Below the pieces are notes generated by a model. The model saw nothing but the letters and a program-made list of their open reading frames with translations. It was not told the origin of the DNA and searched no databases. Positions 50,090 to 63,089 of a DNA stretch of 64,000 nt are shown here, piece after piece. A program made the position numbers and the translations under genes. Source of the stretch: Dicyema japonicum (Eukaryota; Animalia; Dicyemida); assembly GCA_011109175.1 (NCBI GenBank), contig RDEW01000023.1:531225-595224 (forward strand). Direction: 5' to 3'. Positions within the stretch are counted from its first letter, which is position 1. Every line of letters starts with the position of its first letter.

Positions 50090-53000
50090 TTATGAGTACG
50101 AAAATACCGAAGATGATAATGACAACAACAATCGAGATATACAAATACCTGGTGATCTAACAGACTTTCAAGCTTCTGTCCACTTATTTCAGTTAATTTA
50201 CGACCGCAGGGGTGCGAGAAAACGATGATTATCTGAAGCATCCGTAATTTTAAGAGATTTTTGTTTCAATAAATAACAGGAAAATCCTGAATATTACCAA
50301 ATTATCACAAATCCAATGGATATGAAGTCGGTCGCCTGAAGTATTAAGAAACGTAATAAATCCTTTTCAGAAGTTGTGAGTGGTCTAAAGCTTATATTTG
50401 ACAACGCCATGTATTACAACGAGGCTGAACTCCCAAATTCATAAAGCACTATATTTATAAATGAAGGATGCCAATACACTAAAAACACAATTTCCTCTTT
50501 ATTGATGACCCACATGCTATAATTTGAACAGAGATCCCTCTTCGTTCTATAAATTGGTAGCTGATCTTCAAAGCAGTGATGAAGACGGAAAAACAGATGA
50601 CGAAGAATGCAATAGTTCTGATTCCCTAGGTCCCTTAGAATTCGTCCTCTCACAGAAGTTTGCTTCAGCAAATTATTTTTCTCATTCAAAGTCGGATCGC
50701 TGAGTTGTATAAACTTTAAACATTGTAGTCCAGCTCCGTGTTAAACGAGGGAAAAGTCACTAAGGAAATGGATAAATTTAGTAAACAAAAATTTCGAAAT
50801 TTGGGAGAAATGCGTGCAAAATTTTCATCATTTTTGGAAAATAACCCAAGTCCTGACTTTAATTTCTCCCTTTCTTCTGAAGCTCAGAGATTATTTACCG
50901 AGTACGATCGCCTCTATACAAAACTGAATGACACATTTCATCACCTTTTATTAGTACAGGGAATTTTTAGTTTTAGGACATTGAAGAGTCTACTATTTTG
51001 CATATTCAGAAAATCCCCGAAAAATCGAAGAATTCTGATTATTAATAAGTTGTAGAAACAAGCCAATTGATTGAAAATGATTTTTTCTAGGATTAACGGG
51101 TAGAGGTACTCATTGGCTGTATTTGCAGTATAACCACGTGGGTGAGATGATCAACGATTTCAAATTACTGATAAGAAATGTCAGAGTCTATAACGGGCCA
51201 AAGTTTCAAATCGTTCAGGATTTTATTGTTTTTCTGATTGACTGGAGAAGTTCAAATCTTCCAAAAGTTCAAAAATGAGGTTATTTAAACAAAATATCCA
51301 GAATTGATAATCAAAACTCAGTCCAGTCTGCCCTCTCTATGCTTTATGAAAATCTCACATCTTTGACTGTTGACGATAACCGACGATTGTTTATTCCCTT
51401 CAAGACCCTTCATTCAAAAATTGTAATATTGATTGATAATTTGTAAAAATTTAGGGAATACTACGAATTAATATCCCAACCTATCGATTTAGGGACAATT
51501 AAAAATAACATTTCTATTAATTACTATGCAAAAATTGAGAATGGGTTCAGCGATTTTAAGAAAATGTTGGACAATGCACTCTTTTTTAATGATCTACGCT
51601 CTCAAATATACAGGGATAGGACTGACGACTTAATCTACGATACTTTACAATTATACCATCCACTAGTGGAAAATATTTCACATTATTATATGCAAACAAG
51701 GTTATTGCCTGATCATCAAGTCGAAACTTTTCTAGTCTTTGTAGTAATTTTCGTAAACTTATAATCTAAAGGTGAAATTATCAGATAAATACTAGGATGA
51801 GGAATCTGTGAATTCAGATAGTCTGTCATCAAAGGAAGTGAGTTTTACACTGATTTGTACGATGACGAATTCGACGCCTTCTCCAAGTCTCAGATATTAG
51901 AGCACAAGTAAGTAATATTCTCTACTTAGAAATTACTTAAGTTGGGATAAAAAATTGCCAAACGTTTATTTGAGGTATTAAGATGTATTATTTTAGGGAT
52001 TTTACCGAAGATTGGATGCATTTCAGAATGATATACTCTCAACCATAGAATACAGCATTAAATTCTCACAGTCAGAATCGATGGTTGCTTGTTTTGTAAA
52101 GTTAGATGTATAACTATTCAATCAAACTAAGAAAATTCTACTATGATTGTAGAGACAAAATAACTGAGAAAGGGAAGGTGCTATGGTCTCCAGCATTGAA
52201 GAATACCGCCTCGAATGATTCGCTTTTTCTATCAAAGGCAGATTCTGGAATAGAATTAGTATTATTGCTTATATACTCCAGGAGACGTTCCTGTCAATAA
52301 GCCTTAATGGTGACTCTTATTCTGTAGGGGATTACGTATATATCAGATTAAAGTTAGTCTTGTAGTTATCCCAGTACAGGACATAAACGAATTATGCTGA
52401 TTTTTAATTTATTTAATTATTCTAACACGACTTTTGCCATAGGACCCACATTTTATAACCCACATTAAGTTTTGAAGATGTGTGAGGAAATTGGGAGTTT
52501 AAAAGCTATGCATCAGGTTTTTGCTTTGTTTTATTCCAAGGAGGTTTTCAAAGCAGTTGAGAATTCTGAAATATCTGTTCAGTTTTTTGAGGGAAAGTGT
52601 TTTATTTTATACATAAATGATTACTATAATTTGTACCCACAAGTTTGAACCGTGTATTTACTGTAGAATTTTGATAGTGGGGATGTGTTTATGTGTGAGT
52701 TCTTATTCAGTTCAAAGAATAAAAAATTTATAAAAATTGATGTTTTCACTTTGTTTTATATTTAGAATTGGGATACTATTTCTAGTTCTGTGCAACTCAT
52801 TCAGAGGAATACTAGTGTGGACAATTTTCGTCATGATTTCAATTCCGAGTCTTTTTCTTACATGTCTAATGTATTACTAACCTTGTATGTCTATTTTAAT
52901 ATATATTCGAAATTAATTGAAAGAAAGCAGCACTACATTAAAATCAACGGTCCATCTTTGATGGGACTTTTAAGAATTGGATGGTTTTATGTTCATTTCA

Positions 53001-54202
53001 GGCTTTTATTACTTGATCAGAGTAGGGGATGTGGATAAATATATTTTGTGCGAGCAAATTTGAATGTTTAAAACAGTTTGTAATATTTAGTGAAGAAAAT
53101 GGTGAAACCTATATTGAAAGAGTAATATATGATTTTATGCAAAATTATGTGTCTTCTAATTTGTCTCCTAGTGGATTTTTTAAAGTAATACTAACGTCTT
53201 TTCGACATCAGTATTTACTCAAGCATGTTAAGTGACGAGTTGATATTGTTGGATTTAACAAATTCTGTTCATGTATGTTTTTGACTTTATATTAGCTAGA
53301 TCAACTGAGATCCCTAATTACAAGTTTTATTGTGTCGTGACGCTGTTCACAATGATTTGATTGTCCCTCTTCCTAATGATTACAATTTGCCAAAGAATTT
53401 TGGATTTGAATTTAATGCTTTTATCAAACAAGAAGAAATTTTTCACTTCTCGGGACCTTTCCCTTTTCTGTACAATTAATGTTTATTTTCTCAGCAATTT
53501 GTTTCCTGTGGTGAAATGAATAGCGTTTATGCTGCAGATGCAGTGATGCCGATGACTATATTGCCAAATTCTTTTAGTAATCAACTCTATGGGCATAATT
53601 TGGATGCTACTATAAGTAATTGTGGATTACATTGTTAGATACCCCCACATCTTTTATGCCAAAGAAACGAAGATGAAGGAAAGTTCATAATTTAATATTA
53701 AGTGGCAGATTAAATGATTTCTGAGGCATCTTTAGTTGCTTATTATTTTATTTGAATATCAACCACCTCCCTCGCAAATTAAAAAAAATTATCTGATTCA
53801 GGTTCCCCTGGTTTTTCTATCCAAGGACAAACTCATTCTGATTTCCAATCACGGATACCTAATCTTTCTGTTTGTGCGAACACTTTGATGTCGAATTATC
53901 CATGTAAAATGAACGTCACTGACGAATCCCTTAAGTCTCAAGTGCGCCCTGAATTGTTGGATGTTTATAGAAAATTTATAGAAATAATGAAAAATAAGAG
54001 AAAATTATTAAGCGATTGGGATTCCTATTTGAATTTTGGTATTAGAAACCTTAAGCGTCCAATTGATGCTCATGTTGCTGAAATTTTGTTACAACAAGAT
54101 TTGGGGGGATTGAGTCAAGAACAACTTGCTGTTAAATTGGTACAATATAGGGACCAGTTAATTGCAGATTTAATTAGTATCTCTTGTATTAATAAAATGT
54201 AA
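50090..54202 (+). pseudogene. PBRM1: Polybromo-1 (BAF180)-like gene, 5'-truncated and disabled
   Basis: Tandem bromodomains (EYYQIITNPMD..IFDNAMYYNE; EYYELISQPIDL..DNALFFN), BAH domains (VGDYVY; KEVFK..GKC..DVFMCE), and C-terminal VYRKFIE..SDWD. In-frame stops at 50226, 50337 and ~52363 and a frameshift near 50430. Confidence 0.75.
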
Positions 54203-55619
54203 TCTTTATTTTAAAATATGAATTAGTATGCAGTTCTCTTGATTGAGCGAATTATCACTTGCAATTTGCAAGGAAATGGTTTCGATTAACTATACAATTA
54301 ATTAACACAGCCATCCATCCAAAGTGAACCACGCCGACAATATCGACAATATCTATAACCGAATTGTGTTCATTAATTTCCAGTTCAGTTCGAAAGGAAT
54401 GAGCTTTTCTAAAATTTCCATAAAAACAGTTCTGTTGATTAAAAATAGCAGAATTCCTCCAAATATCCATCCCCACCCCTCATCTTATACAAACATTACG
54501 AAGAAGTAGTCTCTGAGTTTTCCAATGGGAATTTCAACCTATGGAAGTGGAAGGTATGGGATATTCTATAAGGTTATAGAACAACCATTCTCTGAATCCC
54601 TCAATAATCGATTGCCATCAGAAACCTACTAGGTTTGAGGTGTATTAATGATTAGTCAGACGAGGAATCCAATATCCCCATAGTAAACAGTAGATTATAT
54701 TTAGACTTATCCTATGTCACCCCGTGATATGACTCACTTGGATCCCTCTAATACTATCAAAAAAGATTAACAGTCACCACAGACCACGTGGATCTTCCCA
54801 ATGACCCAAAGAAGGCCAGACTATCACCACAGCCAATGTGATTGTACCTAATATCAACTCTGAGTGCACAGACCATGAGGGTGTGCCTGATATCTCCACC
54901 AAATTCTTAAAATCGTCTTAACAATTTTGTAAAAACTCCTCAAATCCGAGAATAACGGAAAACCGACGGGACTTCAAGGTAGAACAGTCCTCTGTTGTGA
55001 AGGATTGAGAAGATACTAGGGCGTGATAAAGAGAAGATCTTAAGCCAATGGAATCTCTAGTTATTAGAAAAGGTTTAAATTCTATGTTAACGGATTTCGT
55101 ATTCCCGGAAATTCCGGAGATTTTAAACTTATGGAATTCATAATTAATTTTTTAATATTTTTATATTAAAGCTTCAAATCATATTTATTATTTAACTTAA
55201 TTAATCACTTATTTCACCTAAATATTAAGTTTTTTACTGAAAACTCTAATTTTATAATTATTTCGCAGATTTATTGTTTTACTCTGTATAGTTTCTACCT
55301 TTCAACCTGCTTTGTATATTCATTTGATAAATTGTACATACAATAATTTTATGTTTTTATTTTTTTTTGAATTTGAAACATTTTATAATTTAGAAAGAGG
55401 CTTGTAAATTGGCCAACGATTTGGAAAATGAAAATGAAGGTTAGTATGAAAAAAAATCTTTGGAAAAGATAGATGGTTTAGATTTGTAATAGTATTAGAA
55501 AGTAACAATTGGAAATACGGTAAACAGCAATTGAAACGTTGTTTTTAAATTATGATGGGGGATCTCATTACAATTGTTATTAAAAGTCTCTGTTTCCACA
55601 TGCCGTGACCGGATCGATT

Positions 55620-56060
55620 ATTTTACCTACAGCCTCTCTCCTGCAGAAAAATTGCAGTCAGATTTCCCAGACACTAGTTTTTGAACGAAGTCGTTAGGCG
55701 AGTTTTGGACAATCCCACTATGCTCGAACCAGTCGGTCTTTATTGGAGTTATAAGAAACAACCAGATGAGATTGAATCTTCCCTTTTGAAGCCGGGAAAC
55801 CTCTTGTCTGGGACGTCACATGCACCGAAACGTTTGCCCCTTGCAACCTACTGGAGACTGTTCTGCATCTGAGAAGGCCGAGTAGTTGAAACGGGAAAAG
55901 TACGAAGTCCTATCAAGTATTTTTTATGTCTTCCACTCACCGTTGAGACGTTTGTTCCCTTGAGCCTGCGAAACGGGAATTTTTGAGTCGTCTAAGGAAT
56001 CGTATTTTTAATGAGCACGAGATCCCCGTGACTCCTGCGGGTTATTTTAACGGGCTGCTT
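55620..56060 (+). mobile_element. CRE-type RLE C-terminal domain
   Basis: LNEVVRRVL..MLEPVGL..KQPD..GKPLVWDVTC..KYEVL..PLTVET. Confidence 0.75.
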
Positions 56061-56999
56061 TATGATCATTTGCTCTCTTTTCTTTCCTAAATAAAATATT
56101 TTTATTTAATAAAAATTTATGATTTAGAAATATTTATGAACTGAATGTGGAGTGAAAGATTCAACAAAGGTTGAGACTTGATTAAGTTGATTGCTGAAAA
56201 TGCTGAATTATGCGATCCCCATTACGAGGAAAAAATCATCTAGAAAATAAAACTTTTTAGTGAGTTTGATTTTTATTGTAAATTAGTTTTAAAAATTTTG
56301 CAATTTTCAAAATTAAAAATAATTCCTTAGAATTCTGTATGTTTGAGTTTCAATTGGCCTTTGAGTTAGCCGGACAGTAATTCAAGATGAGAGTTCTAAA
56401 ATAACTAAAATTGAGTTTTTATATCAACCAGGTTTTGCAAAATATTATTTTAGATTATAAACCTATTGATTTGGATATTTTCACGACGAATATATTAAAA
56501 CGGGCTTGTAAGGCCGAAACCTCAGCAATTGGTTGAAAGCCGTTTTTCAATTTCTTTTTGTATTTTAAACTAATTTGTTTCTATTTTAGTTTATCTGTAC
56601 TTCCTTTGTAATTTATTCGATATCAGTGCCGAGTACAACATGAAGTGAATTTCGACAATAAGTGACCACATTGGTTTTTTAGGATTGCTGTGATTTTTAT
56701 AAACTAAGAGAAACTTTCTGCAATCAAACTATTTCTTAGATTAGCGCAGGACAAGGATGAATTTTTTGATTTCTTCTATATTGAATCAATGTACGGATAT
56801 TTTATATTTTGATTTGTAATAGTTTTCTAGTTTCTTTGATATTTTTGATGAATGTTCGGACGTTTTATATAAATGGGATAGGGACGTGTTACGTTGTATT
56901 GTTAATACAGCCAAAAATCCTACGGAGTTCCATTGACCATCTTTAATAGGTTTGACATATTGTCACCTAAAAATACATTTTTTAATTTTTCAATTTCGT

Positions 57000-57260
57000 T
57001 TTTCGTTTAATTTTTGAACACCACGTGACTACATGAACTAAGATTAACGCTTACTTACTGATCACACCAAGTTGCAAGGTGATCGACAGTTTTTTTTGCT
57101 GAGTTACAATGTCCACATTTACTTTCTCCGTTATCAAAAAATATGTTACGATCTTGAACTAGACACAGCGTTCCATCGGTTATAGGGGAATAAATACCAA
57201 GCACAAGCCATCCAGAGAATTCATTATTAATCAAATTGATGATCAATGTCGCTTTCATTA
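57000..57260 (-). mobile_element. R4/Dong-like RLE non-LTR C-terminal zinc-knuckle fragment
   Basis: VQDRNIFF..KCGHCNSAKKTVDHLATWC (CxxC..H...C). Confidence 0.55.
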
Positions 57261-57269
57261 ATCTCTGAG

Positions 57270-57900
57270 ACTATCCAATGAGCAAATTATGTTAATAGAG
57301 TCATCAAGTCCAATTGGAATTACCTTAATATTTGACATTATAGCGAATGATCTACCAATTCCACAAGATTACAACGACATGTACAGTCTTATGCGGATGA
57401 CATAGTCGTTGGGTGTGAGTATTACCGACGCGGAGTTACAGGACAGCCTGAACAATCTAAGTTTGTGACTTTATGGAAATCAACTTAGAGCAAGTCCATA
57501 TAAGACCCTTTTAATGTCAAACAGAAGTCAAGAGGAACTATTAATTGACGTCTAGTTAGATGGGAAAACTTTCCGAAAAATAAATCCCATAATGTCGGAG
57601 TTACCTTCGACAGTTTCTTAATATTTTCAATCCACGTTGATAAGGTAATAACGGCTTATACGAAGAAAATTAACTTCATGAAGGCTTTGCTGGGAAATCT
57701 AAGAGACTCCAAAAATCTAAATGGATTTGATTTACTCTACAAGCAGTACAATGAACCTAAATTAATTATGCATGTGCTGGTTGGGGGACGAAACTTGCCG
57801 TAATGAACATGACTAAAATCTATAACCTTCAATCAAAGGAAATTGAGGAAATCTTTTGCAATGAAATCCTGCCCATAAGCTTTGAATCTATAGTTAATGT
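57270..57900 (+). mobile_element. Decayed APE-LINE RT fragment
   Basis: YADDIVVG and NYACAGWG fragments. Confidence 0.55.
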
Positions 57901-58099
57901 GAGTGTGGCAAATTTTGGTAGAGGATTAGTGCGTTTGAATTTGGTCCTTATCTAGATATTCCAGTACACAGTCTGAAACTAGTAAAAGATGCCAAAACTG
58001 ATAAGGATGGCGGGATTATCTGAATTTTTTCGTTTTAGTTATGACGGTGGTTTTCTGGTTCAATAAATTTAATATCTAAAATCACTATTTAAGAAAATA

Positions 58100-58520
58100 T
58101 ACAATATCAAAATTTCTACCTCTTCTATCAAGAACCTACCCACATAGTCCCTTGAAGAAATTACCTAGAATTCAGAGAGTATTCTTTTCACATTTTGTTA
58201 TAACATTTTCAAACAGAATGACATATGAATGTCGAAAATCACCCCAACAATCTTTTGTGATTTTCTAACTGGAAAACACTATGTTTGTTTTTAAGTCGAC
58301 CATTCGTCTTTCCGGTCTCTTGTATGATGTAAAGAGAACTGTAACTGACTTATCAGTTTTAGTCGATAGGTGGTTCTTCAGCAACCATTCGTTAAGGCGG
58401 TCCAGGTTTTGTTTCAAACTTGAAGTAACAATCTGGATGTCCTGATCACGTAAAGCTATGAAAATGAAGTCGGCGTAACTGAAAGAATATCATTTTGGAC
58501 TGCCGATGTAGGGAGAAATT
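58100..58520 (-). mobile_element. Decayed APE-LINE RT fragment
   Basis: YADF..LDRLNEWLLKNHL..KS..LFT, homologous to 18660-18830. Confidence 0.6.
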
Positions 58521-58583
58521 GTTAGAATTTTATTTTATGAATAATAATTTATTTTAATATAAAATTGAATAAATATTCAAATA

Positions 58584-59465
58584 ATGGAGGGAATGGCGGT
58601 TTCTTTTGATGTTGATAAAATAATGGAATTTTTCAATATCAATTATGGAGCAAAATTGTTTCCGAGTTGGATTTCAAATTGTGATGAGTGACTCATTACT
58701 TCATTTCAAGTTTTACTTAAGCTTCTTCCGTGATAGAAAACTCGATCAAAGGCAATCTAAATTCTACACATACTCCCTTAAGAGACATAATAAGAAGAAA
58801 AGGAGGCCAAACTCAACGATGCCAGAGGATCACTCGTCTACTGTGTGATCGAGGGAAGATCTGATTTCAAGACTATTGAATTTGATTACAACACAATTTT
58901 AATGTTGATATACCAGCAATGGCTTGTATCTGATATTAAAAACTCCATAGAACCTTCCCTTCCCGATTATAACCACAAAAAAGACCTCATAAAGGAGCTC
59001 TTCTTAACAGGTTAACAATTTAACTAATACAGATAAAATCCTTGGTAGATGTGAGTCGTTCCCTTTACAGTCAGTACTCCCAAATAGAAGAAACTGAAGA
59101 TGAATCTGGAAATTTTCTAAAAACAATTATTTAATGCTTTTAAAGTAGACTCACAAAAAACAAATCTTGCTACGTTTGACTGACGGAACCGTAGAACTCA
59201 AGGCTACTGAATGTGACTTTATTCCTATATTGCCGACCGACTTTAGTCCTGGCAAAAAGGTTTTGGCTTAGTTTACTCTAGTGGTGATTTCCAGATCAAT
59301 TCTTTGCAGAAATGGAATTTTACTGATGAGAAAGGAAAATATTCAAACACTTGAGTCCAACCAGGTCACCTCCTTCAAATATGCAGACTTTTTGAAACAT
59401 ATACAGTGCTCTTGCTTTAGATTCTTATGGATTGTGGAACAGAGGTGGGATTTGCTGCTGAAATG
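58584..59465 (+). pseudogene. RMI1: RMI1-like (N-terminal OB fold) gene, disabled by an insertion and frameshifts
   Basis: YQQWLVSDI..PSLP; IKSLVDVS..YSQ; LRLTDG..KATE..FIPIL..DFSPGKK; RNGILLMRKENI. Several single-base frameshifts and a 153-bp insertion. Confidence 0.75.
58711..58863. mobile_element. Short insertion inside the RMI1-like exon with an 8-bp TSD
   Basis: ATTTCAAG occurs at 58703-58710 and 58864-58871; removing the insert gives LLHFKTIE..IYQQWL. Confidence 0.6.
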
Positions 59466-60689
59466 ATATAATATTGTTGCTGCTGCTGAAATGATATAAT
59501 ATTATATATATTTGCTATAATACAATATTGTTGCTGAAATGAATAAATTCAAGTATTCCACTTATATAACTTAGAAATCCTCAGATTCCTGCAAAATCTG
59601 TGTATTATGATGTGGAAATTACGATAATCTACTTGAGACATTCGAAATTGCTTTTTCTGAGGAGTTCTTGTGGCATTTATTGAAAGGATAACATTTTTGA
59701 AGATACTGAGTTCCACTTTGATTTAACAGTGGACTTGATTTTGCAAGCTTGCTGTGAGGAGTCCCCATATTCCACTTTCCGTTCACATATATACCCGCGG
59801 TGAAGAAAATGGAGACGATTGAGGGGGGTGGAAGGTACTTTAAGGGTTAGGGTGGTGATGATGGTAGTTCTAAAATATTACCTTATTGTGAAAGTTGTCC
59901 AGTATTGGATAACTAGATGTTAGCTGGGTGTGAGGTTAAACGACTGGTGTGGGACTGCTTACTATGATATGAATGACCATGTGTGTTTGTGTATGTAATT
60001 TGTAGGTAGAGATCATTGATTGGTTATTCTGCTGATTGGGTCGAGGTTGTTTGCTTTAATATTGTAGAGTCAATTTTCGATTGTTAAATGAAGAACTATC
60101 CTCAGTAAGATAAGGGGGATAGGATGAGTAATTTGTCAATTTATCAAACAAAACATAATTCTATACTATTAATTGTGGAAGACCGCTAGAATAGACAGTA
60201 AATATTTTTCAAACGAAAACTTTAAAAAAATGAGCCTTTGCCGTCATTTAATTTAAGAAACAGTGACCAACCCCGCACTAGACAATCCCAAACAGATAAT
60301 TATTTGTTTAGCTACAATTTACTCCCACAATATTTAATTTAGGAATTCAAACAAAAATGTACAGATAATAATTTATTTTTCTAGCTATAAACTAAATGTT
60401 TATGGAAAATCAATTAAAAATCGAGAATGATTTATCAATTTTTTTACAAATATTCAACGACTATTAATATTATAATGATTTATGGATTTCTCTACATATA
60501 CAATTATGCATCACATTTACTAATATTGAGTAATTTGCTTCTCTCTCATCAGGAATATGACCATATTTTTTTATTTTAGATGGATTTTATTTACGAAGGT
60601 TTGGAATGTTATTTATTACATTAAGTATTACAGATAACTATTGCACGTGTTAGTTCACTATAATATATTTGATAATATTTTACATCCCC

Positions 60690-61250
60690 CATGACAGAAA
60701 TTCCTTTGTTCATTCATCTTATTATTTCTTAATTTGTGGATACTGCACTTCAAAGCCGCGTGGATGAAATAAGATACTTTGTCTATGGCTGCCAATCTCC
60801 CAATATCCCCGCACGTACTAAACACTTTGGGGAAGTCCTTTACAGTGGCTCAAAACGGAAGAGTATGAATTATGAGTCCAAAACTTAAGTTGATGTACAA
60901 TCAGTATTTAGAGTATAAGTCATCCTTCATTCCGTCTATCAATAATATTCCAGCGTACCCCCAGTTACCCGTGACATATTCTGTATCGCGGATAATATGT
61001 CCTTGAAGGAGAAAAGGGGACATGACCACTGTTGAAGATCACTTTGCACTCTTCAAAGATCTCCAGATTGTAGATTCTCGATATTATCAAATATTTCCTA
61101 GCAAGTTGCAGAGGAACTCGAAGGGAATTTAAGTCTGAATGACTTCCAGCACGAGAAATTGTGACATTTCTTCCGTCAATCTCTCGCAAGTGCTTCATCG
61201 AGTCATCACATATTTTACAATTTAAATTAAAATTTAAATTAATTTTAATC
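60690..61250 (-). mobile_element. Possible Ty3/Gypsy RT relic
   Basis: RVPLQL..RIC and GLIIHTLPF..KVF..DI loosely resemble Gypsy RT motifs; heavily decayed. Confidence 0.3.
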
Positions 61251-61439
61251 ACTGATATTAAATTATTTTTTTATATTGACTAAAGGTTAAATATTTCTTA
61301 TGAACTAGCCTCGATTTGTCAAAGAGATGAATGGGCCCCATATACCACATGCGCAAGAGATGCATGGTTCAATGTATTGTCAATATATAGTGCTCAAAAC
61401 AGTATGATTTCCGTTCTTCCAGAAGCCTGTAGGCATTTC

Positions 61440-63089
61440 AAAACATTGGTTTTTTTCGCATTCTGTTATAACGCTTTCAACATGGGGCGAAGCATTAAAT
61501 TTGATGCGATAACAAGGCACAAATTATTGTCAAAAATAACTTAACTGAAGAGACTTTTTTCCTACTCTGTAAATTTTGGGACACCTGAACTGTTTGGGCC
61601 CGGTACGATGTATTTCATCAAGATCAGCTGGCATGTTGAAATAACTTAACTGAAGAGACTTTTTTCCTACTCTGTAAATTTTGGGACACCTGAACTGTTT
61701 GGGCCCGGTACAATGTATTTCATCAAGATCAGCTGGCATGTTGAAACACAGAATCGAAAATCCAGAACTGCATAATATCACTTTCAAACATTAGTCTTGT
61801 GATTTATTCACTCCCAGTCCACTCAAGTGAAAGAAACCGGTCGATAACATAACAAGAACGTAATTACCAGTTTTGCCTCACAAAATCGGATCCCTAAAGA
61901 ACCTTCGACGTTTCCTACTTAGAGGAAACTCTCTTTTCAATTCCGGAGACAATATCTGAGCTTACTTTGTTGAAGACCTTAGATTTGTCTGACAACAGCA
62001 TCTCCACCATCCCGAGAAGCTTCATCTTTTCTCTAGCTGATGGGAAACTACTTAAAAGACGTCTGAAGACTTTAGATTTGTCTGACAACAGCATCTCCAC
62101 CATCCCGAGAAGCTTCATCTTTTCTCTAGCTGATGGGAAACCACTTAAAAGACGTCCCAAAAAACTTATTGAAGTCAAATTCGTCCATTTGTTTTTTGAA
62201 TATTTAAGACAGAGTTCCGTCCAGAAGGCAATCAAAGGCTGTGTAAGGAAAGTAGATCTCTTAATTCTTCAGGTCATCGGTCCTCCAAAGAGTGGGAAAA
62301 CTAGCTTAGTTAAGCAACCTCATCAAACATAATTCAAAGTTTTTCCCTACAACAGACTATCACGACGTTTGTGGGGTCTCAGACTGTTTTCGGCAAACAA
62401 AATACGTTTTATCTGTACGATGTGAAATTCCGGGAGGGCTTTGTAGAATTTTTGCAGTTGTACAAATCCTCTAAGGCTCTGATTCTGTTTGTATTCAATA
62501 TTGATGACTTCAAAGACTCAACAGATCAAATCCACAGTTTACTTAGAATCCTTTACCTGAATTGTCAATATGCGAGACTGTCTCTAGTGGGAGCCACCTA
62601 AAATGAGAATAACCTGAATTGTCCAGATGCGAGACTGGCTCTAATGGGAGCCATTATGCATGGGAATAACCTGAATTTAAATTTGGCGGGGAATTTTGAA
62701 AATTCTGACTATTTTTCAAATGTAGCGGATTATTTGGAGGAACTAAAATTTCTATTTAAAGTATCCACAGAAACGAGCTATCGAGTTCATTGGAGGACTA
62801 TGGGGAAAACTCATTTATCGAGCTCACTCGGAGAAAGTCCTCAAGAATGAACTCAAACTGGTCAACTGTGGACTCGTTATCACAAATTTCACGGATACCC
62901 TCTTTCCTTGGAGGGAACCTTTCGAGAAAACCTTGGAGCGAATCGAACATCTTGGTACCCATAAAGATGGACGGATATTCTCTCTTTATTGGGAACATGT
63001 CTTAAATCGTCTAAAAATGGCTGTCTAAAAATTGTTCATCACGTTAGAAGAGGCCTAAAAAGTAGCAGTAATGGAAAAGATACGAGACT
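61440..63089 (+). pseudogene. LRR-ROC(-COR) Roco-like gene, fragmented
   Basis: LKTLDLSDNSISTIP LRR; P-loop GPPKSGKTSL; ALILFVFNI..LSLVG ROC-like segment. Frames are broken by stops and short tandem duplications. Confidence 0.6.

Noticed and set aside
50090-54202. Alternative genetic code to explain the in-frame stops
   Set aside because: The other host genes translate fully in the standard code, and the lesions include frameshifts.
56495-56525. GGCTTGTAAGGCCGAAAC, resembling a Penelope hammerhead stem II plus GAAAC
   Set aside because: The CUGANGA core is absent and no stem III partner was found; at most a dead relic.
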